The notes under the pieces were generated by a model that was not told the DNA's origin, did no database searches, and saw nothing but the letters and a program-made list of their open reading frames with translations. A stretch of 61,467 nucleotides of DNA, filler included, from Sphacelaria rigidula (Eukaryota): assembly GCA_964200075.2 (NCBI GenBank). It is 9 parts of 9 records of this genome, joined end to end, with 100 filler letters (N's around TTAATTAATTAA, not from the genome) between each part and the next. Parts side by side here need not be neighbours in the genome. Positions count along the whole stretch, not along the records: positions 6,843 to 13,583 come from CAXNAA020018310.1; positions 13,684 to 20,424 come from CAXNAA020018311.1; positions 20,525 to 27,265 come from CAXNAA020018312.1; 6 more parts are not named here. One strand, 5' to 3'. This document shows, piece by piece, positions 12,187-23,828 of this stretch (position 1 is its first letter; every line of letters starts with the position of its first letter). The translations under genes and the position numbers were made by a program.

Positions 12187-12482
12187 GGTGCAGTCACACA
12201 ATCTGGTATTTTTTCTCACACCATGCCCAACGGTGGAGAGCGACCATGTCGTGGGTACAAAAAAAAATCGACTCCACGCTCGGCGAGGGAAAGGGATTGC
12301 TGAACGCCTCTTGGGATAAAAAAAAATGAAAGCACCGCACAAGTAAGGTGGAGTACTGAAACAAATAAATGAGGGAAAACTCCTGTGTTGGCCTTGCTGT
12401 GCGACCCCGGCTGATGCGCCCACATATACCGAAAGGTGTAGACTGGTATCGAGCATAGATGGGATGGCAACACACCCACAAC
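12187..12482 (+). mobile_element. 5'-truncated SINE (body and tail); further 3' fragments at 13684-13780 (+), 24913-24990 (-) and 30595-30710 (+)
   Basis: GACCCCGGCTGATGCGCCCACATATACCGAAAGGTGTAGACTGG...ATAGATGGGA followed by a (CA)/(CAA) tail. Confidence 0.85.
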
Positions 12483-13189
12483 GGATAGAAATGAGTACAT
12501 GAAATTGAGTAGGAGTACTTCAACTCTTAGACAGCGATCCCCCCGCAGGTGGACTGAGTTGGACTATGCCACATTTGGGGTTCAGAACAGCTATTAATAC
12601 TCGTATTTTCTCTCTACACAACGCATTTTTCATGAACAGGTGGATATTTGGCATCTACATCGAAAATCGTCCCGGAGAACCCCTGACCAGTTTTGACCCT
12701 GGGGTCAATTGCGTGCAAAGTCAATACGTATGTGTGTTGCATGTTTTCGCTGGATACAACGGCAAGAGACAGTATAAGTGCATCATCGCTCTCGACTTGA
12801 CACAACTTACTGCATGCTGCTGATGCCCCTGCTTCGTGTTCAACAGCAACACTACATAGAGTATGGAGTTATGCTGGCAACACATGAAGCATCAGACAGG
12901 CGACACAGGCCTTGAGCAGAGTAACACAACTTATTTGTACCCGTGTAATCTATGGTTGAATTGCCATGACCAAAATGAAATATGCCAGTAGACAGCGAAG
13001 TAGTCTACCGGTAGTCCACCCATGGGGTACTACATGCTCATCTTGACGACCGTGACTGGTCAGAACGGTCCTTCCGCGCCTCTCGAGCCTTGTTTTTGGC
13101 TTAGAATCTTCCGAGAGACTTCCAAACACACATATTTAACTTGGTGAACTTTTCGGCTTCTCTGCGGACAGACTCCCCACCCGTCAAAC

Positions 13190-13583
13190 ACTAACCCCCC
13201 CGCGGGCCACTGGTCCGGCGAGAACCCGGCGTGCTCCGTCCCGGCCTTGTAGGGGCGGCTCCCCGATGGGGTTGGCGTCGGTTGGAGATGACGCTGTGAT
13301 ATATGCCTCTTGCTGTCTCTGCAAGGCAACCAGGTTGCCGATTTTTTTCGCGCACATGCGCTTTTTTTGCAGTCACCATGATGTTAGTCGAGCTAGATCA
13401 TGTTGTGCGGTGTGAGAGAACCTCAACTCCGCACAATGGGGATAATCGTACTAGGTAGTGTATAAATGATGAGACACCTATGAGGCAGTGTTTCAGCCGT
13501 GGCTGTCTCTGGAAGTGGCGATACCAGAAAATGAAGCAACTCATTGTAGGCTGCCATCCATATGCAAGACAATCAGTAGGCTT
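13190..13583. repeat. Dispersed repeat; second copy at ~14820-15170
   Basis: Colinear blocks ATGGGGTTGGCG, GTCGAGCTAGA(T/C)CATGTTGTGCGG and GGAAGTGGCGA...AAATGAAGCAACTC. Confidence 0.75.
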
Positions 13584-14180
13584 NNNNNNNNNNNNNNNNN
13601 NNNNNNNNNNNNNNNNNNNNNNNNNNNTTAATTAATTAANNNNNNNNNNNNNNNNNNNNNNNNNNNNNNNNNNNNNNNNNNNNGTGTGACCCCGGCTGAT
13701 CCACCCACATACACCGAAAAATGTAGACTGGTGCCCAGAATAGATGGGACGACAACAACAACAACAACAACAACAACATGTGAGCGGGCCGCTGCTATAC
13801 TGCACATGTGATAATAAACAATTGGGAAAAGCAACAAGACGCTCAAATATACACATAATACACACCGTGAATGTGCACCATACCAAAAATACGCAAGGCA
13901 TCGTGCATGTGCACCGTGGCTCGCCTTGCCCTGTCCTGACATGCTCGGTATGCCGACCCGTGCGTGCAGTGTCTCTTTTGTTTTGCCCTCATGGCCTCTT
14001 ACGGCCCGGGTACCATGTAACCGACGATTTTTCTTCTCTAATCAGTTTTTCTTTCGAGTCGCACGTATAATTTCGTGTGGTTTCATTTTTTCCAGCCGAC
14101 GTGTGTGTAGCACCCCGCCCTGCGGGGCGCAGTGCCACGGCAAAAAAAAGGCTAATGTGAGAAACAACAACGACGACGTC

Positions 14181-14213
<33 letters not shown>

Positions 14214-14219
14214 AAGCCA

Positions 14220-14484
14220 AGAGTGATGCTACGGTAGGGGTGCACATATATTTTCTGGGGTTAGAATTGTTAGGAGCTCTTTATCTCATCCACAACACGA
14301 CTTATGGGAAGATGTGAGAGAGTGCTAGGTGCCAGGACTACAATTCCAATGATGGGGATATCCCGAATGAATTTGCAAACGGGGATGCCCTGATCCATAT
14401 TCTTGTGCATCCAGAATCGTTAGGAGCCTCTGAACCCAACAAGATTTCGCGCAAAAAGTGGCCCCCCTACCGTAGCATTGCTCC
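14220..14484. mobile_element. MITE family X (~265 bp; TIR approximately GGAGCAATGCTACGGTAGGGGTGC); partial copies at ~41490-41635, ~43455-43625 and split copy ~47955-48672
   Basis: Ends GAGTGATGCTACGGTAGGGG...CCCCTACCGTAGCATTGCTC. Shared interior GGGATATCCCGAATGAATxTGCAAACGGGGATGCCCTGA. Confidence 0.8.
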
Positions 14485-15655
14485 AAATGGAATAAGCAAC
14501 AAGACGCTCAATCACATCAATAATACACACCGTGCATGTGCACCGTGCCAAATACGCGACGAATCGTACATGTGCACTATGACTCACCTTGCCCTGTCCT
14601 GACATGCTCGGGATGCCGACCCAAGACAAGAACAACAACAACATCAACCACAAATCAGCTCCCTTTTCAAGGAAACATGCTTGTCGATCATCGAAAACTA
14701 CTTTTATGTTCACTTTCCTTGAATCTCTCAGCATTGTATACGGTACTGCAATTTCAAGACCGATTTTCATCCTCTTCGATTCTTGTCTCTGGGTTAAGAT
14801 CACATACTCTGTCAAGCGAATCAGAACCCCCCCCCCCTCTTCCCTATGGGGTTGGCGACGGCTGGCAACGACGCTGGAAAACATGCCACTTACCGCGTCA
14901 GCCAGGTAACCAGGTTCCCGTATTTTCTTTACGCTTGCGTTTTTTTGCGGTAGGCATAGTGGTGGTCGAGCTAGACCATGTTGTGCGGCGTGGGAGAACC
15001 TCAACTTCGCGCAAATGGGATGATCGTACTACGTGGTGTTTACATGGTGAGACACCCATGAGGCAGCGTGTAAGCCGCGGGATGATCGTACTACGGTGGA
15101 AGTGGCGACACCAGGAAATGAAGCAACTCGTTGAGGGCTGTCATCCATGTGCAAGATAACCAGCAAGGGTCGCACAAATAATGATTCGTCTGGAAATTAC
15201 TCGATCTTAGGATAATTGATTCGAGTTGTACGAATCAATCCCTGGGCTTTGTTTTCAGCTTTGCAACCCAGGTACACACGCAGCCCAAACACGTGGAATG
15301 GCACAAAAGTTGCGTGGATACCCCATGGACCAGCGGTCAACTTTTTTCTCCCTTTTGGTCAATCAGGCCAAAGAATTCCTAGTCGCGATGAGTCATCCTG
15401 ACCGTGAAAATCAGTAGGCTTCGGACCGAACAATCGTAGCAGGATGCAGCCCACCCTTCATGTGACTCGCCGAACACATCACGGCGCTTCGCACTCTGTG
15501 ATTAATCGCGAGCCTGGTCCGGCGAAAACCCTGCGTGCTCCGTCACGGCTATGTAGGGATGCGAGGACAATGGTCAGACGACTACGGCATGCAAGGTCAT
15601 GAGTGCACCACCCCCTCCCCTGCCCCTCCCCCACACCACGCCTGGTGAAGCATAC

Positions 15656-15957
15656 CTCGTCCGCTGCCCTTGGGTTCTTATCCATGGCCGCGCCCGAAAA
15701 AAGAGAGGTGTAGTGTGAGGAGTTGACCCTCACGCCCCGCCGTTTCATCTCGGGCAGGATCCTCAGCCTGGCTTCCTCGAACCTTCCCTTGGCGTTGAGA
15801 ACCTGAATCAGATACGAGAACTGGTTCTCTATTTGCAGCCCCGCCATGCCGCCTTGGAGATTCTGGCTCACGTCTAGATCGGTAGCAGTAGCGTCGGCAG
15901 AAGCAGCAGGGGCAATGGGATACATTGAATCGATCCCTCCTTCATCTTCTCCTCCTT
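15656..15957 (-). CDS. Internal exon of a probable pentatricopeptide-repeat (PPR) protein
   Basis: actacag|...|gtatgc boundaries. Encodes QFSYLIQVLNAKGRFEEARLRILPEMKRRGVRVNSSHYTSLFSGAA, a PPR-like motif (xLIxxxxxxGxxxEAxxxxxEMxxxGVxxNxxxY). Confidence 0.75.
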
Positions 15958-17349
15958 CTGTAGTGACGATGGTAGCGGGGGTAGATGCCGGACTGGGTTG
16001 TGCCTGCGCCTTTGTATTGTAGTTATGTTTTTATATGAGCGCGCACGGGAGGGGGAGGGGGCGTACTCATTTGTTGCTTGCCTTAGTCGTTTGACCATTA
16101 ACCACGCATCCCTTTCGAGACGGAGTACCCTTCCTACTCGTAATTGAGACACCTTCGACATTCCGGCTCTCATTACGATTCTTCCATACACTGCACAAAG
16201 ACCTCCTACATATCTTATCCCCGTCCTGTTTCGCCGTTTGTGCAAGGGGGCAGGTCGGGATTATGAAACACGACAGCCAAGGGTGGTTCCATCCATGTGC
16301 CAGGGACCTGCAACGAAGGGGATACGTATTGTACCTTGTTGGTGTTGGTTGACTTGACAGAGTACACGATACGAATGTCATGATCAACAAGTGACCAGTC
16401 CGAACATGAGATTGCGGACAACGCTTTGAGCAAAGACGGTATCATGTTGTATCTCTCAGGGATCGAAATTCCACCTCTGCAAAATGATTTCGCTGACGAT
16501 ACTACAATCGACTATTATAGAAGGGAACGTCAAGGGTTGAGCGAGCCGTGCCCCACCGACCAGGACAGGGGACGCCCGACACAGGGGACAATAGTATCAT
16601 CTTGCGTTGTACTTGGTAGACGGTATTTTGTCGATGCCAGAGACGAGCAGCTCATACATGGAAAATCTACATATATATAGATATATATAGATATACGTAC
16701 ATGTATCATTTCACATTTTTCACCACTTTTGCCGTGTTTTCTCTGGCGGCACGATATCTTATCACGCGGTTTCTTTTGCAGTGCACGAATAAGGTGCAGC
16801 GGTACATTACCTTTCAGGTTTGGGTGTCATCTATTACCTCTGGCGCGTGTTCTGGCCATCGAATGTCGCCCACACTGGCTCTTTTTTGCGGGGTGTCGAT
16901 CCCGAACCATAAAAGCCTCTTCAAGATGATGGAAAAGTTCAAACAAGAACCACAAAAGCCCGCTCATGGCGGGGTATTTTTTCGCCGTGATTCTCTTCGC
17001 GTTCTCGATGATATCGGAACACGAAGACAGCGGTTATGCAGCGAACGTCACGAGAGCATGAGAGCAAAGCAGTTGAAAACAGCTGGACATTGCCTTGACT
17101 TTGTCAGCAGCAAACACAAGTCGAATGATCTGAGATCCCTCATCATTTAGTTTCGACGTGAAGCCTCTAACACGGTCATATCTGCGTAATGTGTGCCCCA
17201 ATGATAGGAACATAACAATCGAACATAACGATCCACAAAAGCATGGTGAAGAATACTAAATAATGTGTAGATTGGTACTAGAGGAAGGGGTCACAGTCAC
17301 AGCTGCAGCAGGGGAAGTCGCTGATGGCGCTGATGTCGCTGATGGCCCG

Positions 17350-18110
17350 GCGTGCATTGATACCGTGGATACCCACGGTGCGTGGCATTTTATTTTTTCA
17401 ACACCCTGCTGTCTGATGACGGCTAGATAGAGTGGGTACAGTGACGGTTGAGCATGCAGGCTGCGACTGATCCTGCCGGCCTCATCATCAATCTTCGCCC
17501 AGTTATGGACGAACGCTCGGAGAAACCCAGCAAACAAACATCGTTTATGGTCCGCTATATATGTGAGGGTTGGGAGCTGAACATTTCCGCTTCAAAAATT
17601 TCGACAGTCGAAGATTAAGCTCCTGTCGGGCGACCAGTGGGTAGTGCCACGGACCCTTGCCAGTGTACCTGGCACTGGGGGCGACATCCCGGTACAGACA
17701 GTCCCATCACTACCGGGACCGCCGTACAAACAGGCAGGCAGCCGGGATGCTCGTTGCACTTGTCTTCTTCTAGCGTTATCAAGTTAGAGTACGGCCGCAC
17801 AGGATTTGCACGCGAATATTTCGGTGATTGCCTCACTTCCACTTCGGCCATGTGCTGTGCATTATTTCACGATCTCACCGGCTGATATGTATGGAAATGT
17901 ATTACACCCTAGACAGTATACAATTTAAAAAGCATGTACTGTGCACAGTATAGAAGCTATTGCCTTCTGCGACGTGCCAATACTCGGACAAAGTGGGAAC
18001 TGCGCGCAGTATGACTCCAAGACAGTGTAGAAATCTCCACGCGGTATGAATTGTTACAGCCGCCTCGCGCGCCATAGCGGCTGTGTTGCCATCCGCTCAA
18101 GATACAGGCA
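17350..18110. repeat. Dispersed ~750-bp repeat; copies at ~24520-25040 (interrupted by a SINE tail) and ~58510-59300
   Basis: Shared blocks GATCCTGCCGGC...ATCTTCGCCCAG, CCACGGACCCTTGCCAG and TTTGCACGxGAATATTTCGGxGATTGCCTC. Confidence 0.75.
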
Positions 18111-18599
18111 GGAATTATCTACTGGAAGGTACATATTCTCCCACACAATTGACTCCATAGTATGAAAAAGGAATAAAACTGATATGTTTTCGACTTGCGT
18201 CACCCTCGGGAGGCCACTACCAACCTCCCAAAGGGGAACCTTGTATAAGTATATATTTTCAAGTTGAGAAAGAGACAAACTGCAGTATATGCTCAGATAC
18301 CAAGCAAAGCTTCCCAAGTTTTGAAAATTATATTCTGGGTGCCTACTGAAAATAATGTTATCTACTCAACAGCAGTGGAAAAGTTCAAAATTCGGAATTT
18401 GATCGGAGTGATGAACGAAAACAAAAAGCGGAAAATAATTGCCACGTGTGGGTTGTGTTCTATACTTTTCAACATGGGAGTACTGCCCAGCACTTCTGCC
18501 GCCTATCTTGGAGTTACTACACCAGGTGCTCCACAGTGATTGTCCATCACCACCCGCGAAAAACAAAAAGGCCTCTACACTTGGACGACAAAGAGTAAC

Positions 18600-19115
18600 T
18601 ATGGCATCATTTCACGGTTCGGACGAATTGTCGCCGGTTCGAATAACTGAATCTACGATTTTCCAGACGTGATCACTCGGGAGAGAAGAAAAATTTGCCC
18701 GCTGGTCAAAAAGGTATCCACGCGATTTTTGCGTCATTCCACGTCCCTGGGTCGCGCGTTCCTGGGTTGCAACGCTGAAAACGAAGCCCAGGGATTGATT
18801 CGTACGGTACGAATGACTGCCGTCGAGATAGCACCCCCCCGAGAACCGGCCAAAAAAGTGCATGGGGGCGATGATCATAAATGTCGTTAGAGCTGGTTTT
18901 GTGCTTCACGACGCGACACATTTGGGCGCTGTAGCTGATTTTGGACTGCTACACGCCTCTCATTCGGGCGAAGTTGCTGCAAACAAGCTCAATAGTAGGA
19001 TCGCAGCCGATTTGTCGGACGGTCTTCGACGCATTTTCTGTGGGGGGGGCTATTTCGGCATTAGTCGAATCAATTACACTAAAATCCAGTAATTTCCAGA
19101 CGAATCATTCATTCT
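18600..19115. repeat. Repeat present in inverted, internally deleted form at ~15180-15420
   Basis: CCAGGGATTGATTCGTAC and GTAATTTCCAGACGAATCATT match the reverse complement of 15180-15250. Confidence 0.7.
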
Positions 19116-20024
19116 TTCGACCCTTGCATCATTTGGTGCAGGAGAGGTCGTTCACCTCGCGATGATCGAGACAGCTTTACGCTATGAATAGCATGATTCG
19201 TCAAAATACTCCGTGGCTCGACATTACACACTTCGGAAATTGCTACACCTCGACCATTACCCCGACCTCACCCAGACCAACAGAGGTGTGTTCACCACTT
19301 GGTCGATGAAGAAATTTCTCGGAAACATATTTTTTTAAATAATGCTAACCCTAAGCCTTACCCCAACCCAAGGCATACCCACAACCCTCGGGCGAGGGGG
19401 GTGTGAAGCGTTCCGTAGGCAAAGTGTGGCGTTGGCAGATCTCAAAACGGCGCTTCAAAACGGCGATTTCGACGAAAACGCCTTCTGCGCACGCGAGGAG
19501 CAGTTGCGGTCGTTAGCCCCGCTGAAGATCCGAATATCGATGTTTACACTCAAATCAAGTAATAAATTCCGGGAGGCTTCTAATCGACCAAATGGTGAAC
19601 ACTACTGGGCCAACAATTCTCGGGTGAGTAGGGAAGGAAGGAAAGAAAGAAAGAAGCAAAATAATAGCGATCGCAGGTACGGTGCGAAAAATACGTGCTG
19701 CGCACTCTGGCGAGCGCTCGGAACCGTCGCTCGACTGGAGTTGAAGATCTGGATTTTAGCCCCCCCCCGCCAACAAAAAATCCTCCTTCGACAATCAAGG
19801 ACAGTTATTTTGAAGAAGGCGCAAACTTTACGTATCGCAATAATGAATCAGTACGACGAAAGTGGCGCATCGCTATGTCCGGACTCAGATGGAACATGGC
19901 CACTTTCGTGGGCATGACGGTAATTCGAAGCGCATCAACTGATCTCAGCGTTTAGTACATACCCGGACCCGAAATATATCCGAAACAAAACATAACAGGA
20001 CAAGACAATACAGCAATTGGTCAC

Positions 20025-20316
20025 CTCCATGGTCTCCGCCTCCAGCCCATCAGCCAACACCCCCGGAGGCGTCACGGAGTCCCCCGATATCGCCGGAGGC
20101 TGCTTTTCCGGCAACATTTTTTCCAGGGGGCGTTTTTTCCAGTCCCCCGCCCAGCTGTCGGGAAGCGCCCATGTCTTGAAAGGGTCGCTCTCCGAAGTGG
20201 AGATCCCGAGCGCGTGCATAAGGGCATCAGCGTCTTCCTTAACGAGAAACTGGTTCGATCCAAGCTCTTGGTCGCCGAGCGGAGTATCCAGAAAGTCTTC
20301 CGCCAACTCCTGGAGC
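20025..20316 (-). CDS. Internal exon, probably upstream in the same PPR-like gene
   Basis: gcag|G CTC CAG...ATG GAG|gtgacc; open, GC-rich LQELAEDFLDTPLGDQELGSNQFLVKEDADALMHALG...AETME. It ends in phase 0 while the PPR exon starts in phase 1, so an intervening exon is needed or they are different genes. Confidence 0.6.
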
Positions 20317-21961
20317 CTGCCATGGGGGGTTTCAGATGGGGGGGGGGGGCACTCATGATGTTGCATGCCGTAGTCATATGACCATTGACGTCGCATATCC
20401 CTACAAAGCCGGGACGGAGCACGCNNNNNNNNNNNNNNNNNNNNNNNNNNNNNNNNNNNNNNNNNNNNTTAATTAATTAANNNNNNNNNNNNNNNNNNNN
20501 NNNNNNNNNNNNNNNNNNNNNNNNATACCGTCACGAACTCCAGTTTTTCACGCGCCCGTTCCACGTCAAATATTTGCGCGCACATGCAGCTGCTGCAGCA
20601 CAGTAAGTAGGGCGTGCGAAAGGGAAGGGGAAACGTATACAGTACAGGCAGTGCAGGACAATGTGTATATGTATGTTCTCTACCTACAGTGCGACGTGAA
20701 AAGGACTTGAACAACGTGCAGCATATCGTAAACGCGCGGCCTGTATATGCTGCACTACAGTATATGTTATATCGCGGTGCGTCCACGATCCGCAGCATGG
20801 ATATGATGGTGAGTATGTGTATATGCATACCATAGGCGGCCGGTTGATTGTTGTTCTTCGCACCCGTGCCTGCTGATACGCACCCCGCGTATGTCGTCGC
20901 CGCGCGATGTCGCGACCATGAAAGAAGTAGGTGCTCAAGTTTCCACCAACGAGAAATACATCATATCCACCCGCGCCGCACGGCAGTGCGTGTATGTGTC
21001 TATATCCCTGTGCCCAACCCGTGCTCTTTGCTGCGGGGTTGTGGTCGTATATAGCTGGGCAGAATAATAGCACCGTTGTGCGGGCGGCGGGTGCTTTTGG
21101 ATTTGATCAATTTGTGTGCTGTAATAAATACACGAAGTGATGGTCCAGATATATATTCATATACGATTTATTATGAGTGATATTTTTTAAACATGGTTCG
21201 TGTTGGTAGACAATGGATTAAGGGGTTTTGAGGAAAATGTAATTATATCCACAAGGTATATCCGATCGTCCGGTACATTCCCACCTTCCCAGGGGCTTCA
21301 CACGAAGCACAGGTGCGGACATACCCACGCATCCGACGTGTGCGATCTCTGTTCAGCGAAAGCGGTGGAGAGCTGTTCATCCTTCAGCCCATGTATACAT
21401 GAACTCCGGGGTAAAAGGATGAATACCTTTCAGCAACTTTTTCTGCGTCTCGGATCCCATGCGCCGGTGATGATGCAGTATGCGGGATTTGCCCAGCAGC
21501 TAACGCTGCTCGCCATGAATTTCGTTTCCCCCAATCTCTGGATGAATTGGAGGGAAAAGTAAATATTCATTTCGAGCTTCTTCTGCCGGTCAAATTCTGA
21601 ATCTGCCAGTGTGAATGGGATTTCCGCAGCAAAAAGAGCTGTTCGAAATAGATCCTTTCTGGCTCATCTCTAAAATGGGCGAAAAAAAGATCGATCTTGA
21701 ACAGCTTCTTCTGCTGTTTTGAATGAATCCTTTCCTTTGCCGAAATTAATCGGGCGAGAAAAGGATCTGTTTTGGATCTAGCTTGATCTGCTGTCCTAAA
21801 TAAATTCGTTTTCGCTCGACTCAAATCGGGTGAAGAGGAATTTACCTCGGACAGGAGGACAATGTATTGAAGATATATAAATTTACAGATTTTGTACCAA
21901 AATATTCGGAATTTTCGGAAAAAAAGCACTTGAGGTTTTTTCACTCAAACACTACCACATG

Positions 21962-22116
21962 ACTGTGCAGGGCTTTGCCGACGTGCCTACACAGCGCTGT
22001 AAATCCAACCCTGGGGAAAACCCTGTCAAAATGCTGCGACGGGTACAGATTTTGCATTTCACTGTCAGGGTTTTTTCACAAAGACTGTGGAGGACCCTGT
22101 ATGGACCCTGCACAGT
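21962..22116. mobile_element. Small putative MITE upstream of the ankyrin gene
   Basis: 11-bp perfect TIR ACTGTGCAGGG...CCCTGCACAGT; internal ACCCTG motifs. Confidence 0.45.
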
Positions 22117-22387
22117 GCGTCCCACAGGGTGCTATCTGTCCACGTGTGGAAAGGCTGTTCGCACGATTGCAAAATAAATTGAAGCCAAGAAGTCGAAGCA
22201 CAATGAACCCGATGATGCCCTTCCGGGAAGAAATTGAAGATGGAGAAAATGCATTTTAACGATTATGCCTCTGCACTGCGCCGTGACCTAGGTGTTCGGA
22301 ATAGGAGAAGAATGAAAGGCGAGAGGAGGTACATTCTCAACCATACAGTGTCAAAACACCGCCCGCCACCACCATCTCAACATCACT

Positions 22388-23828
22388 ATGCTAAGCTCTT
22401 ATGAGCTGGAAGGGCGGGCATTCCCTCAAATGTCAAAGGCCAAACTGTTTGACCTTGTCTGCAACAACGCCACCGAGGAGCAGTGGGCGGAATGGCTGAG
22501 GGTGCCGCTGGAACACGCGATGGCTGCAGGTGACTCAGTTTTAACGAATGATCTGCTCGCAGCCGGGGCTTGCTGTAGGGGATACCATAACCGGACTCTG
22601 CTATGTGCTGCAGTGCAGGGTGGAAATGTCGAGGCGATGGAGGACTTCCTCAAGGCAGGTGCTACACTAGAAGTGGAAGTCGGCGAGAAAAAAGGGGGTC
22701 GGCTACCGCTGCACTGTGCTGTGCACAATGAGCACGAAGCTATCGCGAAGCTGCTGTTGCCCAGCGGGGCATCTCCCAACTACGAAGACAGGGCTGGTGC
22801 ACTTCCCATCGAAACCGCCGTGTCTCGAGGCTATGGCGGAATCGTATCTTTGCTGCTGCTGCTGGGGGCAGATGTGAATGTGCTGAATGAGGATGGGGAC
22901 TCCCCTTTACACGTGGCTGCCAAGAAAGGACACGCCTCGGTGGCAAGAGCTCTACTGATGGCCGGCGCTGACTCGTGGTTGCGCAATGAACACGCGTTCT
23001 CGGCACTGGACTTGGCCTCTGGGGAAGGATATGTGGACGTGATCAGAGCACTGGTACAGCACGGGGCTGATATGACATCGTGTTGTAGCGAGGGCCTCAC
23101 CGCTCTGCACGAGTCGGCGTGTTTCGATCGGGCTGGTGCTATGGACGTACTGGTGAAGTTTGGTTGTAGTGTTGAAGTGCGATCCGAATGCTTTGAAACA
23201 CCGCTTCATATAGCGGCACAGTGGGGGAGCTGCGGCGCTTGGTTGCCTTGTTGCGGCACAAAGCGAATGTACATGCGATGGAGGACGATGGCAGGTCGCC
23301 GTTGATGGTCGCTTGCATGAACCTGCACCTGGAAGCGGCCGACCTCCTGCTGAGATGGCGTGCCGATGAGACGATTGTCGACGACGAAGGCCTTTCTGTT
23401 GTCCAGTTGATTGGAGCCGGCCTAGAGCTGGGCGACTGCGAAGGGAGACAACAGGACATGGACAGCATGCGCAAGCTGCTAGCTAACGCTCCTGCGGATA
23501 GGTCATGGCGTCGGCGTGGCTGGTTGGTGCTATGCCGCGCGTTCCCACAAAAGGCGCGGTTCGGTCTGCCAGTAATCTAGAAGGTCGTGACAGCATGGGG
23601 GGGCGTGGAGAAGTTTGCAGCAGCACAAGGGCTAGTGTGCGCCGCAGGACCCAGCAGATGGACGCGAGCATCGGCACTGGCGATGAGGGTGAAGGGACAG
23701 AGAGCATGGCTGCGGCAAGCATTGGCAGCACTAGAAGCAATCATCGTGTTGGGTCCTGCAGCATTGAGACTAAGGTGGCAGAGATGGAGCAGGGGAATCT
23801 CTTCCGCATTGTCGTAAGTTTCTTGTAG
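22388..23828 (+). pseudogene. Intronless ankyrin-repeat protein gene with two apparent 1-nt deletions (~23238 and ~23557)
   Basis: About 8 ankyrin repeats (GRLPLHCAV, GDSPLHVAA, GLTALHESA, ETPLHIAA, GRSPLMVAC). N-terminus QWAEWLRVPLEHA; C-terminus LLANAPADRSWRRRGWLVLCRAFP...LFRIVVSFL*. The protein is spread over three ORF frames (22388, 23221, 23505). Confidence 0.85.

Noticed and set aside
12405..12450. Hammerhead ribozyme in the SINE tail (CTGATG...GAAA)
   Set aside because: The core reads CTGATGC rather than CTGANGA, no stem II forms between the motifs, and GAAA is the loop of its own hairpin.
17256..17537. Missing middle exon of the PPR gene
   Set aside because: Most of it (17350-17540) is homologous to a dispersed repeat at 58520-58720, and the only phase-compatible donor is weak.
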